This document shows positions 26,980 through 34,803 of a stretch of DNA of 64,000 bases, one piece after another. The translations under genes and the position numbers were made by a program. The DNA lies in contig JBGVPG010000032.1 of the NCBI GenBank assembly GCA_045126855.1, forward strand, positions 5,274 to 69,273. The letters run 5' to 3'. How positions within the stretch are numbered: position 1 is the stretch's first letter; each line of letters begins with the position of its first letter. Under the pieces are notes generated by a model. The model was given only the letters and a program-made list of their open reading frames with translations, did not search any database and was not told the origin of the DNA. Source of the stretch: Eubacteriales bacterium (lineage in GTDB: Bacteria > Bacillota > Clostridia > Oscillospirales > CAG-272).

Positions 26980-27423
26980 ATGAGCTTTAGTATAAGGCAG
27001 ATGGTCGAGAGTGACCGTGCTGCCGTTATGGATATGATGCAGACCTTCTACTCCTCCCCTGCGGTGCTGACCAATGGGTCGGCGGAGATCTTCGAGGCGG
27101 ATATCGATGCCTGCGTCAGCGACAGCCCTTATGCCGAGGGCTACGTTTTCGAGGATGGTGGCGAGATTATCGGCTACGGGATGCTGGCAAAGAGCTTTTC
27201 CACCGAGTTTGGCAAGCCATGCATATGGATCGAGGATCTGTATATCAAAGAGCCTTACCGTGGACGTGGTATTGGCAGCGCATTTTTCAATATGATTAGC
27301 GAGAAATATCCCAATCATCTCTTCCGCCTTGAGGCTGAGGAGGAAAACGAGCGAGCTATCGCAGTCTATAAGAAAAACGGATTTGAGGTACTTCCCTACC
27401 TCGAGATGAAAAAGGAGAACTAA
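26980..27423 (+). CDS. GNAT family N-acetyltransferase
   Basis: 147 aa with the acetyl-CoA motif IKEPYRGRGIGSAFF, then AIAVYKKNGFE. Confidence 0.85.
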   Translation: MSFSIRQMVESDRAAVMDMMQTFYSSPAVLTNGSAEIFEADIDACVSDSPYAEGYVFEDGGEIIGYGMLAKSFSTEFGKPCIWIEDLYIKEPYRGRGIGSAFFNMISEKYPNHLFRLEAEEENERAIAVYKKNGFEVLPYLEMKKEN

Positions 27424-27424
27424 T

Positions 27425-27760
27425 ATGACTATCAACGAATATCAGACGCTGGCAATGAGAACAGTCAACCCCGACCTTGACAAAAAGGACATGCTCATAA
27501 ACAGTGTTATGGGTCTTTGCGGTGAGTCGGGCGAGGCGATCGATATTGTGAAAAAGTGGTATGCCCACGGTCACGAGCTTGACAAGGAGCATTTTGCAAA
27601 GGAGCTTGGGGATATCTGCTGGTATCTTGCCGAGGCGGCAACGGCTATCGGCGTTGACCTTGAGAGTATTATGGCGGCGAATATTGAAAAGCTTAGGAAG
27701 AGATACCCCGAGGGCTTTTCCACCGAAGACTCAATCAACAGAGTTGACGTAGAAAAATGA
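27425..27760 (+). CDS. MazG-like all-alpha nucleoside triphosphate pyrophosphohydrolase
   Basis: 111 aa with LCGESGEAIDIVKK and ELGDICWYL (EXXE...EXXD pattern). It starts 1 nt after the GNAT stop. Confidence 0.8.
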   Translation: MTINEYQTLAMRTVNPDLDKKDMLINSVMGLCGESGEAIDIVKKWYAHGHELDKEHFAKELGDICWYLAEAATAIGVDLESIMAANIEKLRKRYPEGFSTEDSINRVDVEK

Positions 27761-28296
27761 AAAAGCTGCTTTTGATCACAGGCGACCTCGCCTGCGGAAA
27801 GTCCACATTTGCCAATATCCTTTCGAGAAGATATAACGTCCCTGCCTTTTACAAGGACAAAATCAAGGAAATTCTCGGTGATACCATAGGTTTTACCAAC
27901 CGTGAGGAGAACATCAGGCTGTCGGTTGCCACCATGGAGATAATGACACATATCTTTGAGGAAACCGCAAAAACAGCTAACGACCTTATCCTTGAAGCAA
28001 ACTTCAAAGAGCATGAAATGGAACGTCTGCACGCCATTGCAAAGGAGTCGGGATATGAGGTGCTGACCCTGGTACTTCGTGCGGATATGGACGTAATCTA
28101 CAAGCGCTTTGTCAATCGAATTGAGAATGAAAATCGCCATCCCGTCCATATTTCGGGTTTTGACGGATATGAGAGTCTGAAAAGCTACATTGAACGTGGC
28201 AGAGAGCAAAAATGCTTTGGCAAGGTTCTTGAAATTGATGCAAATGATTTCTCCTACCAGGAGAAATTCGATGAAATTGATAGGTTTATGAAATGA
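27757..28296 (+). CDS. P-loop kinase / AAA-type ATP-binding protein
   Basis: 179 aa with Walker A ITGDLACGKST. ATGA overlap with the MazG-like gene. Confidence 0.7.
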   Translation: MKKLLLITGDLACGKSTFANILSRRYNVPAFYKDKIKEILGDTIGFTNREENIRLSVATMEIMTHIFEETAKTANDLILEANFKEHEMERLHAIAKESGYEVLTLVLRADMDVIYKRFVNRIENENRHPVHISGFDGYESLKSYIERGREQKCFGKVLEIDANDFSYQEKFDEIDRFMK

Positions 28297-28781
28297 AAAT
28301 TATAGAAATTTTTGGCGATAACCGATACCCCGAGTACACCAAAATCCGTGAGGGTTGCCGTGGAATATTAATTAAAAACGGTAAAATTCTATTAAGCTAC
28401 GAAAAAAATATCGACCAATATCTAATTCCGGGCGGCGGCATTGAGGAAGGTGAGAGCCTTGCCAAGTGTTGCATCCGTGAGATGGCTGAGGAGACGGGTG
28501 TGGAGGTCGAGCCATACGAGCATTACCTCACCCTTGAGGAATACTATCACGAATATTACTTTAAGAGCCACTATTTTCTCTGCCGCTACGTCGGTGAATG
28601 CGAGAGAAGTCTCACCGAAAATGAGAGGGAAAACGGACTTGAACCAAGATGGGTAGACTTTGACGAAGCCTTAATGATTTTTGGCAACTACGAAAAATAC
28701 AAGGACAAAAGCGAAATGCGCTACGGCGCATATTACAGAGAGTATCTGGCGCTTACAGAGATGAAGAGAACCGCAGAGTAA
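28293..28781 (+). CDS. NUDIX hydrolase
   Basis: Nudix box GGGIEEGESLAKCCIREMAEETGV. ATGA overlap with the kinase gene. Confidence 0.85.
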   Translation: MKIIEIFGDNRYPEYTKIREGCRGILIKNGKILLSYEKNIDQYLIPGGGIEEGESLAKCCIREMAEETGVEVEPYEHYLTLEEYYHEYYFKSHYFLCRYVGECERSLTENERENGLEPRWVDFDEALMIFGNYEKYKDKSEMRYGAYYREYLALTEMKRTAE

Positions 28782-28824
28782 ATCTGCGGTTTTAAATATA
28801 TTTTTCCCTTGCAACAAATTTCTC

Positions 28825-28853
28825 TTGACATAACAAGTAAAAAATGGTACAAT
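28825..28853 (+). promoter_or_regulatory. Perfect consensus sigma-A promoter (TTGACA-17-TACAAT) driving the tRNA-like leader and tRNA-Arg
   Basis: TTGACA at 28825..28830, a 17-nt spacer, TACAAT at 28848..28853. Confidence 0.7.
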
Positions 28854-28864
28854 TTACAAAGTAT

Positions 28865-29003
28865 CTACCCGTGGCACAGCTGGATAGCGCGCAAGACTCC
28901 GCATACCGCTAGCGGTATATTGCCGTGCGAGGAGATTGTACCTGCAATTAGTACAACAAGCGGAATTACCACAAATACTGCCCCGAGCGGCAAACTCTGA
29001 AGG
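28865..29003 (+). pseudogene. Interrupted, degenerate tRNA-Arg(CCG)-like copy in the tRNA leader
   Basis: 28865..28901 matches the first 37 nt of the downstream tRNA at 33 of 37 positions. A 92-nt insert follows the anticodon, then ACTCTGAAGG (28994..29003) resumes the match. There is no T-arm or 3' acceptor strand. Confidence 0.55.
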
Positions 29004-29035
29004 TATCGCGTTAGCGATCCCAAACAACTCAATAT

Positions 29036-29112
29036 CTACCTATGGCACAGCTGGATAGCGCGTCAGACTCCGACTCTGAAGGTCCGCGGTTCGAATCCGC
29101 GTAGGTAGGCCA
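29036..29112 (+). tRNA. tRNA-Arg (anticodon CCG), CCA encoded
   Basis: Manual cloverleaf: acceptor CTACCTA/TAGGTAG; D arm GCAC-AGCTGGATA-GCGC (one A.C mismatch); anticodon arm TCAGA-CTCCGAC-TCTGA; variable loop AGGTC; T arm CGCGG-TTCGAAT-CCGCG; discriminator G; CCA. Total 77 nt. Confidence 0.9.
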
Positions 29113-29113
29113 A

Positions 29114-29145
29114 AGGTCGGCAGGATTTCCTGCCGACCTCTTTAC
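29114..29145 (+). terminator. Hairpin terminator after tRNA-Arg
   Basis: AGGTCGGCAGG-attt-CCTGCCGACCT followed by a weak T-tract (CTTTAC). Confidence 0.6.
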
Positions 29146-29157
29146 AAGGAGACAACT

Positions 29158-29982
29158 ATGCCTAAAATTATTCATATAACCGACTTTTCCGACCCTGCAC
29201 TTGACGTTTACGTCAGGCTGACAGGAGCGCAGCTGCGAAGCAAGCTTGAGGGCGAGGCAGGAATATTTATAGCCGAGAGCCCCACGGTAATTGAGGTGGC
29301 TATGCAGGGTGGCTGTGAGCCAATATCAATACTTACCGACGAGAGACTTATTGCAAGCGGCGGTGTTACCGCCATACTCGACAAGTGCGGTGATATTCCG
29401 ATTTACACCGCAAGCCGTGATTTGCTGACGAAAATGACGGGCTTTGAGCTTACCCGTGGAGCACTTTGTGCCATGAAGCGCCCTGCACTTCCCTCGGTAA
29501 GCGAGGTCCTTCGAGGTGCGAGACGTGTGGCTGTGCTGGAGGAGGTAACCGACTCCACCAATATTGGCGCAATTTTCCGTTCTGCGGCAGCCCTTGGCAT
29601 TGATGCGGTGCTGGTAACACCCACCTGCTGCGATCCACTCTGCCGACGTGCAGTAAGAGTCAGCATGGGCACGGTGTTCCTCGTTCCATGGACGAGAATC
29701 GGCGAGAGTAAAAACGATTGGCCCGAGGCAGGCATTGAAAATCTGCATAGTCTTGGCTTCAAGACGGTGGCGATGGCGCTTACCGACAGATCGGTATCCA
29801 TTGACGATCCTGCCCTGAAGGGCGAGGACAAGCTTGCAATCATTCTCGGCACAGAGGGTACGGGGCTCAAATCCGAGACAATAGAAAACAGCGACTACAC
29901 CGTAAGAATTCCCATGAAGCATGGAGTTGACTCGCTGAACGTGGCGGCAGCCGCCGCAGTTGCCTTTTGGGAATTGAGATAA
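29158..29982 (+). CDS. TrmH/SpoU family RNA 2'-O-methyltransferase
   Basis: 274 aa with LEEVTDSTNIGAIFRSAAALG, ILGTEGTGL and IPMKHGVDSLNVAAAAAVA. Confidence 0.85.
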   Translation: MPKIIHITDFSDPALDVYVRLTGAQLRSKLEGEAGIFIAESPTVIEVAMQGGCEPISILTDERLIASGGVTAILDKCGDIPIYTASRDLLTKMTGFELTRGALCAMKRPALPSVSEVLRGARRVAVLEEVTDSTNIGAIFRSAAALGIDAVLVTPTCCDPLCRRAVRVSMGTVFLVPWTRIGESKNDWPEAGIENLHSLGFKTVAMALTDRSVSIDDPALKGEDKLAIILGTEGTGLKSETIENSDYTVRIPMKHGVDSLNVAAAAAVAFWELR

Positions 29983-29983
29983 G

Positions 29984-30016
29984 AAAAACGCTTCCGTTTT
30001 TTCGGAAGCGTTTTTT
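29984..30016. terminator. Intrinsic terminator
   Basis: AACGCTTCCG-tttttt-CGGAAGCGTT followed by a T-run. Confidence 0.8.
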
Positions 30017-30051
30017 ATGTAAGGATGAAGCAGATTTAGGCAAGAAAGGCT

Positions 30052-30101
30052 GTTTGCGACCGAAGGCGTAGAAATCTACGTCGAGAGTTAAGCAAACGGC
30101 A
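30052..30101. repeat. 50-bp GTTTGCGACCGAAGGCGTAG...GCAAACGGCA element, copy 1
   Basis: Near-identical to 37672..37721. Nested hairpins: outer GTTTGC/GCAAAC and inner CGTAG-aaat-CTACG. It sits between the 9-bp inverted repeats TAAGGATGA (30020) and TCATCCTTA (30119). Confidence 0.8.
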
Positions 30102-30124
30102 TTTATTGACAAATATGGTCATCC

Positions 30125-31558
30125 TTAGGATTTCTTCATCATACGGTAGAAGAACTCCACAGTACGGGAGATAGTGGCAACGGGAATGCGCTCGTTGTTG
30201 CCGTGGATCATACCGCGCTCCTCCTTGGTAAGAGCCATGGCGGAGAAGCGATATACCTTATCGGAGATCTCGCCCCAATGACGGGAATCCGAGCCTGCAA
30301 CCATAAGATAGGGGGAGACGATAGCCTCCTGCCAGGTCTCGGCTACGGTAGAGCGAACACGCTCGTATGCCTCGCAGCGGCTGTCGGAGATAACCGAGGG
30401 ATTGTTGCCGTTAATAAGCTCGACCTCGATCTTATCGTCGCTAACGGCTTTTCTTACGTGCTCAACGACGGTCTCCACCGTTTCACCGGGGATAATTCTA
30501 TGGTTGGAGACCATAGTTGCGTGGGCAGGGATAACGTTTGCTCCCTTTGAGCCTGTCATCTGGGTAAATGCGGTGGTGGTACGTACAACGGCGTTGAACT
30601 CACCGCCTGCCATCTTTGCATAGATACCGAGAACCGGACCGAAGCACCACTGGTTAGCGAAAATAAGTCTATAAAGGAAGGTGGAATGTCTGCCTGCTAT
30701 GTTGAAAAGCTCGGCAGTAGGCTTGGTCAGAGTGTATTTAAAGGCAGACTTCTCAACACGGAGACAAGCCGCAGAAAGACGGGCGATAGGACCGCCTGCT
30801 GTGGGAGAGGAGGAGTGACCTCCGCCGCCCTTAACGGTGTATTTGATATTCATCTGACCCTTCTCACCGAGACCGATGAGAGCAATGGGACTCTTTACGC
30901 CGGGGAATACGCCCGTGCACACTGCACCGCCCTCGTCAAGAACAAGACCGGGGGTAATACCGCGCTCCTTAAAGAGCTGAACTATACCGTAGGAGCCGTC
31001 GCCTGCGATCTCCTCGTTGCCACCGAAGGCGAAGTAAATATCATTTTTGGGAACGAAGCCCTCGCTGATAAGAGCCTCTGCCGCCTGAAGAATGCCGTTA
31101 AGAGTACCCTTGGTATCAAGAGTGCCACGGCCCCAGAGAACACCGTTGTCGATTATGCCCTCAAAGGCAGGCTTTTCCCAATCGTTCTCCTCCACGTTTA
31201 CAACGTCGTAGTGGGACATATAAACGCTGGGAGCCTCGGGAGACTTGCCCTTCCATCTAATGAGAATGCCACGGTTGCCAACCTTTTCAAAGGAACATTT
31301 TGCAAAAACCGCAGGGAAAAGAGTGGGCAGAAGCTCCTCGAACTTCTTGAACTCGGTTTCGTCATCAAGAGAGGCGTCTGCGTGAGAGATAGTCTTGCAT
31401 CTGATCATCTCGGCAAGGTCAGCCGTTGCCTTCTCGCCGTTTACGTATACGGGAGGAACGGGTACAGCCGATGATTTTGCAGGCTTAAATGCAAGTGCGC
31501 GGATAAAAATTACCGCCAGAAAAATTACAAGTAAAATCGGAAATACTATCCACCACAT
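30125..31558 (-). CDS. M20 family metallopeptidase with N-terminal membrane anchor
   Basis: 477 aa with an N-terminal TM (MWWIVFPILLVIFLAVIFI) and metal-ligand contexts MSHYDVV, GRGTLDTKG, GGNEEIAG and GGGHSS. Confidence 0.85.
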   Translation of the reverse strand: MWWIVFPILLVIFLAVIFIRALAFKPAKSSAVPVPPVYVNGEKATADLAEMIRCKTISHADASLDDETEFKKFEELLPTLFPAVFAKCSFEKVGNRGILIRWKGKSPEAPSVYMSHYDVVNVEENDWEKPAFEGIIDNGVLWGRGTLDTKGTLNGILQAAEALISEGFVPKNDIYFAFGGNEEIAGDGSYGIVQLFKERGITPGLVLDEGGAVCTGVFPGVKSPIALIGLGEKGQMNIKYTVKGGGGHSSSPTAGGPIARLSAACLRVEKSAFKYTLTKPTAELFNIAGRHSTFLYRLIFANQWCFGPVLGIYAKMAGGEFNAVVRTTTAFTQMTGSKGANVIPAHATMVSNHRIIPGETVETVVEHVRKAVSDDKIEVELINGNNPSVISDSRCEAYERVRSTVAETWQEAIVSPYLMVAGSDSRHWGEISDKVYRFSAMALTKEERGMIHGNNERIPVATISRTVEFFYRMMKKS

Positions 31559-31559
31559 A

Positions 31560-32231
31560 CTACACTATTCCCTTCTTATAAAGAATTCTGGAGAAGCCGA
31601 TGGTAAAGAGTACGCCAACGGGTACCATAATACCAACCATACCTGCGTTAAGAGCAGGAACGAATACGAAGAGGATAAGCATAAGGGTTACGGGAGCAAT
31701 GGCAAGCTTCCAATTCTTAGAGATAAGAGCCACACCGAGGGCACCGAAGAGTGCGGGAAGCATCTGATCGAAGGCAGGCTTCAATGCAGGATTGGAAAGC
31801 ACGGGCTCAAGGGGTGTGATAAGAAGAACTCCTAGAGCGATAATAAGTGTGGTTACGATAGAGGAAACGGCAATAGCTATGGTGGAAATGATCTCACCCT
31901 CCTCGCTCTTTGCATCGACCTCAGCATTTTCAAGTGCATTGATCGCGCAGGGGAGCTTCAGGTTAGAGATGTTACCGGTAACGAATGAGAGGTAGGATCC
32001 GCCTGCACCAAGCATAGGGATAAAGGTGATAACCTCAACAGCACCAACCGCCCAGTACATAGGTGCGGTGGCAAGAAGTCCGAGACCTACGCCCTGCCAA
32101 TCAGGTGTCGCATTAAAGAGAATACCAATCGTTACGGGGAAAAGAAGGAGAATTACCATCATGGAAAGGTTCCAGATAGTACCGTCACGATGGACGGTGT
32201 CCATATATGTAAGATTCTTATTGTTTTTCAT
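31560..32231 (-). CDS. Polytopic membrane protein (unknown family)
   Basis: The start at 32231 (MKNNKNL) follows GGAGGTG. Multiple TM segments. Gaps of 1 nt and 4 nt separate it from the flanking genes. Confidence 0.6.
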   Translation of the reverse strand: MKNNKNLTYMDTVHRDGTIWNLSMMVILLLFPVTIGILFNATPDWQGVGLGLLATAPMYWAVGAVEVITFIPMLGAGGSYLSFVTGNISNLKLPCAINALENAEVDAKSEEGEIISTIAIAVSSIVTTLIIALGVLLITPLEPVLSNPALKPAFDQMLPALFGALGVALISKNWKLAIAPVTLMLILFVFVPALNAGMVGIMVPVGVLFTIGFSRILYKKGIV

Positions 32232-32235
32232 CTTC

Positions 32236-33069
32236 TTACACCTCCATACCAAGCCATGCGGTGAGAGGAATAGCCACAGCCATACCGATGATCATACAGA
32301 TAGGCAGAGCGTAGTCGTTTACCCACTTCCACTTCAGCTTGTTAATGAGAATACCGCAGATGCACATAGAAAGCGCACTTGCAACCATTACGAAAACGGG
32401 AACGAGACCCGAGGTGGGGGTATATTCGGTAACACCCACGACCTTATCAATAACCTCGCCGTTTTCAAGCACCTTCTCCTTTACGTCAACGAATCTTGCA
32501 GACTCGTTCCAAAGACGGCTTACGTCGCAGAATACGAAGCCAACGAAGGCGGAGATCATACCGATAAAGAGAGAGTTCTGAAGAATATCAGACCACTTCT
32601 TGTCCTTGTTCTCAAAGGACATAAGACCCGACTGATACTTCTTACAGATTACGGGTACGAGCCAAATACCGACCATAATGGAAACGGTCATAACGATAAC
32701 GATAGTGAGGTACTGGCTGGCGTTCATCCTGCCTGCAAGCTGAGCCAGGGTGGTGCCCATACCGCTTGCCGCATTGGCAGCGGCAATAGCCTCGTAGGAG
32801 AGCGAGCCTACAACCGAAAGTCTGAGCCAAGGAAGGGCGATACCCAGAGACTGGGAAAGCGAGATTACGGTAATAACGATTGCAACGGCAGGCGCTATTG
32901 TGAATATTGCCGCCGTAATGATTGTTTTCTTGATTTTCTCCATATTCATGCCGATCTTCTTCGCCTGTCTTACCGACTTCAGCAGGAAGTAAACCGACTG
33001 TCCAAGCACGGCAGCGATAATAATGCCGACCAGGACGAAGAGTATGGGATGATTTACACTGAATTCCAT
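32236..33069 (-). CDS. Polytopic membrane protein (unknown family)
   Basis: 277 aa with about 7 hydrophobic segments. Same operon. Confidence 0.6.
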   Translation of the reverse strand: MEFSVNHPILFVLVGIIIAAVLGQSVYFLLKSVRQAKKIGMNMEKIKKTIITAAIFTIAPAVAIVITVISLSQSLGIALPWLRLSVVGSLSYEAIAAANAASGMGTTLAQLAGRMNASQYLTIVIVMTVSIMVGIWLVPVICKKYQSGLMSFENKDKKWSDILQNSLFIGMISAFVGFVFCDVSRLWNESARFVDVKEKVLENGEVIDKVVGVTEYTPTSGLVPVFVMVASALSMCICGILINKLKWKWVNDYALPICMIIGMAVAIPLTAWLGMEV

Positions 33070-33085
33070 GATAAATTATCCTTTC

Positions 33086-34576
33086 TTAGCTATTGTGGAA
33101 AAGCTTTTTGGTCTGATATTGGGGCTCGCAGGAGAGGTTTGTGCCAAGCTTACGGAAGGTTGCGGCGTCAACCTGCGAGAGAATAACGGTGGAATGCACC
33201 TCGGCGTATTTCAGCCCTGGAATAGCCTCAAAGGCTCGCCTTGCCAGGGGGTTATTGACCGCCGAAACAGAGAGCGCTACTAGCACCTCGTCGGTGTGAA
33301 GCCTTGGGTTGTGGTTGCCGAGATACTCGGTCTTCAGCTTCTGAATAGGCTCGATGACCTCGGGTGAAATGACATCAAGGTCATCGTCGATGCCTGCCAC
33401 AAGCTTAATTGCGTTAAGCAGAGCCGCACTTGACGCTCCGAGAAGCGATGAGGTCTTTCCTGTGACTATTCTACCGTCGTCAAGCTCGATCGCAACGGCG
33501 GGAGCGCCCGTTTCCTCTGCACGCTTTAACGCCGCAGGAACGCACCTGCGATTCAGCTCGGCGGTGATGCCTATTTTACGCATAAGAAGCTCGATCTTGT
33601 CGATCTCCTCCTGGTTGTCACTTCCCTTTCGCATATTGCAGAGAGCGTTATAGTGACGGCGAATGATCTCCTGCCCTGCAGCGTCACAAACAGCCTCGTC
33701 GTCATAGATGCAGAAGCCTGCCATATTTACGCCCATATCGGTGGGCGACTTATAGGGGCACTCACCGAGAATACCCGAAAGCATTGAGCGAAGGACGGGA
33801 AATACCTCAACGTCACGGTTATAGTTTACCGCCATGCTGCCGTATGCCTCAAGGTGATATGGATCGATCATATTAACGTCGGCAAGATCTGCTGTTGCAG
33901 CCTCGTAGGCGAGGTTTACGGGGTGGCTGAGCGGAAGATTCCACACGGGGAATGTTTCAAACTTGGCGTAGCCCGACTTTCTGCCCATCTTGCTCTCGTG
34001 ATAGATCTGAGAGAGGCAGGTCGCCATCTTGCCCGATCCCGGACCGGGTGCGGTAACCACGACGATGGACCTTGTGGTCTCGATATACTCGTTTCTTCCG
34101 AAGCCTGCCTCGGAAAGAATAAGCGGCACGTTGTGGGGATAGCCGGGAATGGCATAGTGCTTATATACCCTGATGCCCAGCTTCTCAAGCTTCAACTTGA
34201 AGGCGTCAGCGGCAGGATTTGATTCATATCTGCTCATAACAACGGCACCAACGTAGAGACCATAGCCTCGGAAGGCGTCAATAAGCCTTAAAACGTCGTT
34301 ATCATAAGTAATTCCAAGGTCACCTCTGACCTTGTTTTTCTCAATATCCTCGGTGTTTATGGAAATGATTATCTCTGCCTCCTCACGAAGCTCGATAAGC
34401 ATTTTGATCTTTGAATCGGGGGCAAAGCCCGGAAGAACACGGGAGGCGTGGAAATCGTCAAACATCTTGCCGCCAAACTCGAGGTAAAGTCTCTCTCCAA
34501 AAAGAGAAATTCTCTCCTTGATCTTCTGAGATTGCAGCTTCAGATATTTGTCGTTATCAAAACCAACTCTGAACAT
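33086..34576 (-). CDS. DUF1846 / UPF0371 family protein
   Basis: 496 aa. The N-terminus MFRVGFDNDKYLKLQSQKIKERI...FGGKMFDDFHASRVLPGF is characteristic of UPF0371. Confidence 0.8.
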   Translation of the reverse strand: MFRVGFDNDKYLKLQSQKIKERISLFGERLYLEFGGKMFDDFHASRVLPGFAPDSKIKMLIELREEAEIIISINTEDIEKNKVRGDLGITYDNDVLRLIDAFRGYGLYVGAVVMSRYESNPAADAFKLKLEKLGIRVYKHYAIPGYPHNVPLILSEAGFGRNEYIETTRSIVVVTAPGPGSGKMATCLSQIYHESKMGRKSGYAKFETFPVWNLPLSHPVNLAYEAATADLADVNMIDPYHLEAYGSMAVNYNRDVEVFPVLRSMLSGILGECPYKSPTDMGVNMAGFCIYDDEAVCDAAGQEIIRRHYNALCNMRKGSDNQEEIDKIELLMRKIGITAELNRRCVPAALKRAEETGAPAVAIELDDGRIVTGKTSSLLGASSAALLNAIKLVAGIDDDLDVISPEVIEPIQKLKTEYLGNHNPRLHTDEVLVALSVSAVNNPLARRAFEAIPGLKYAEVHSTVILSQVDAATFRKLGTNLSCEPQYQTKKLFHNS

Positions 34577-34803
34577 TTTATCACATCCTTTTTGTCTGGA
34601 TTGTTAAATTCAAATAAAACTACATCTTATATTATATCACAAAGACTTCCCCATTTCAATGAATTTCTCCTTTTTTCCTTTTCTTTTAAATAAAAAAAAG
34701 AGTCTATTTTTTAGTAAAAATATATAAATTTTTTAAAAACTGTTGTAAAAGGCGAGGAAAAATGATAAAATTAAGGAAAGACTATCTTTAAAGGAGAACC
34801 AAT

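Noticed and set aside
28902-28993. Group I (or group II) self-splicing intron in the upstream tRNA-like copy
   Set aside because: 92 nt is well below the size of known group I introns (about 200 nt or more) and far below group II. The 3' exon lacks a T-arm and an acceptor strand, so splicing could not yield a functional tRNA. It is kept as a finding only as a degenerate or novel element.
28809-29000. 63-aa ORF covering the tRNA leader
   Set aside because: It starts inside the promoter region and runs through the tRNA-like sequence and its structured insert. There is no RBS, and the region is better explained as non-coding RNA.
21300-29150. Genomic island or integrative element adjacent to the tRNA gene
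   Set aside because: There is no integrase, recombinase or transposase, and no duplication of the tRNA 3' end (the duplicated part is the 5' half). Most genes in the stretch share the host codon bias. Only the 0.8-kb two-gene cassette is compositionally deviant.
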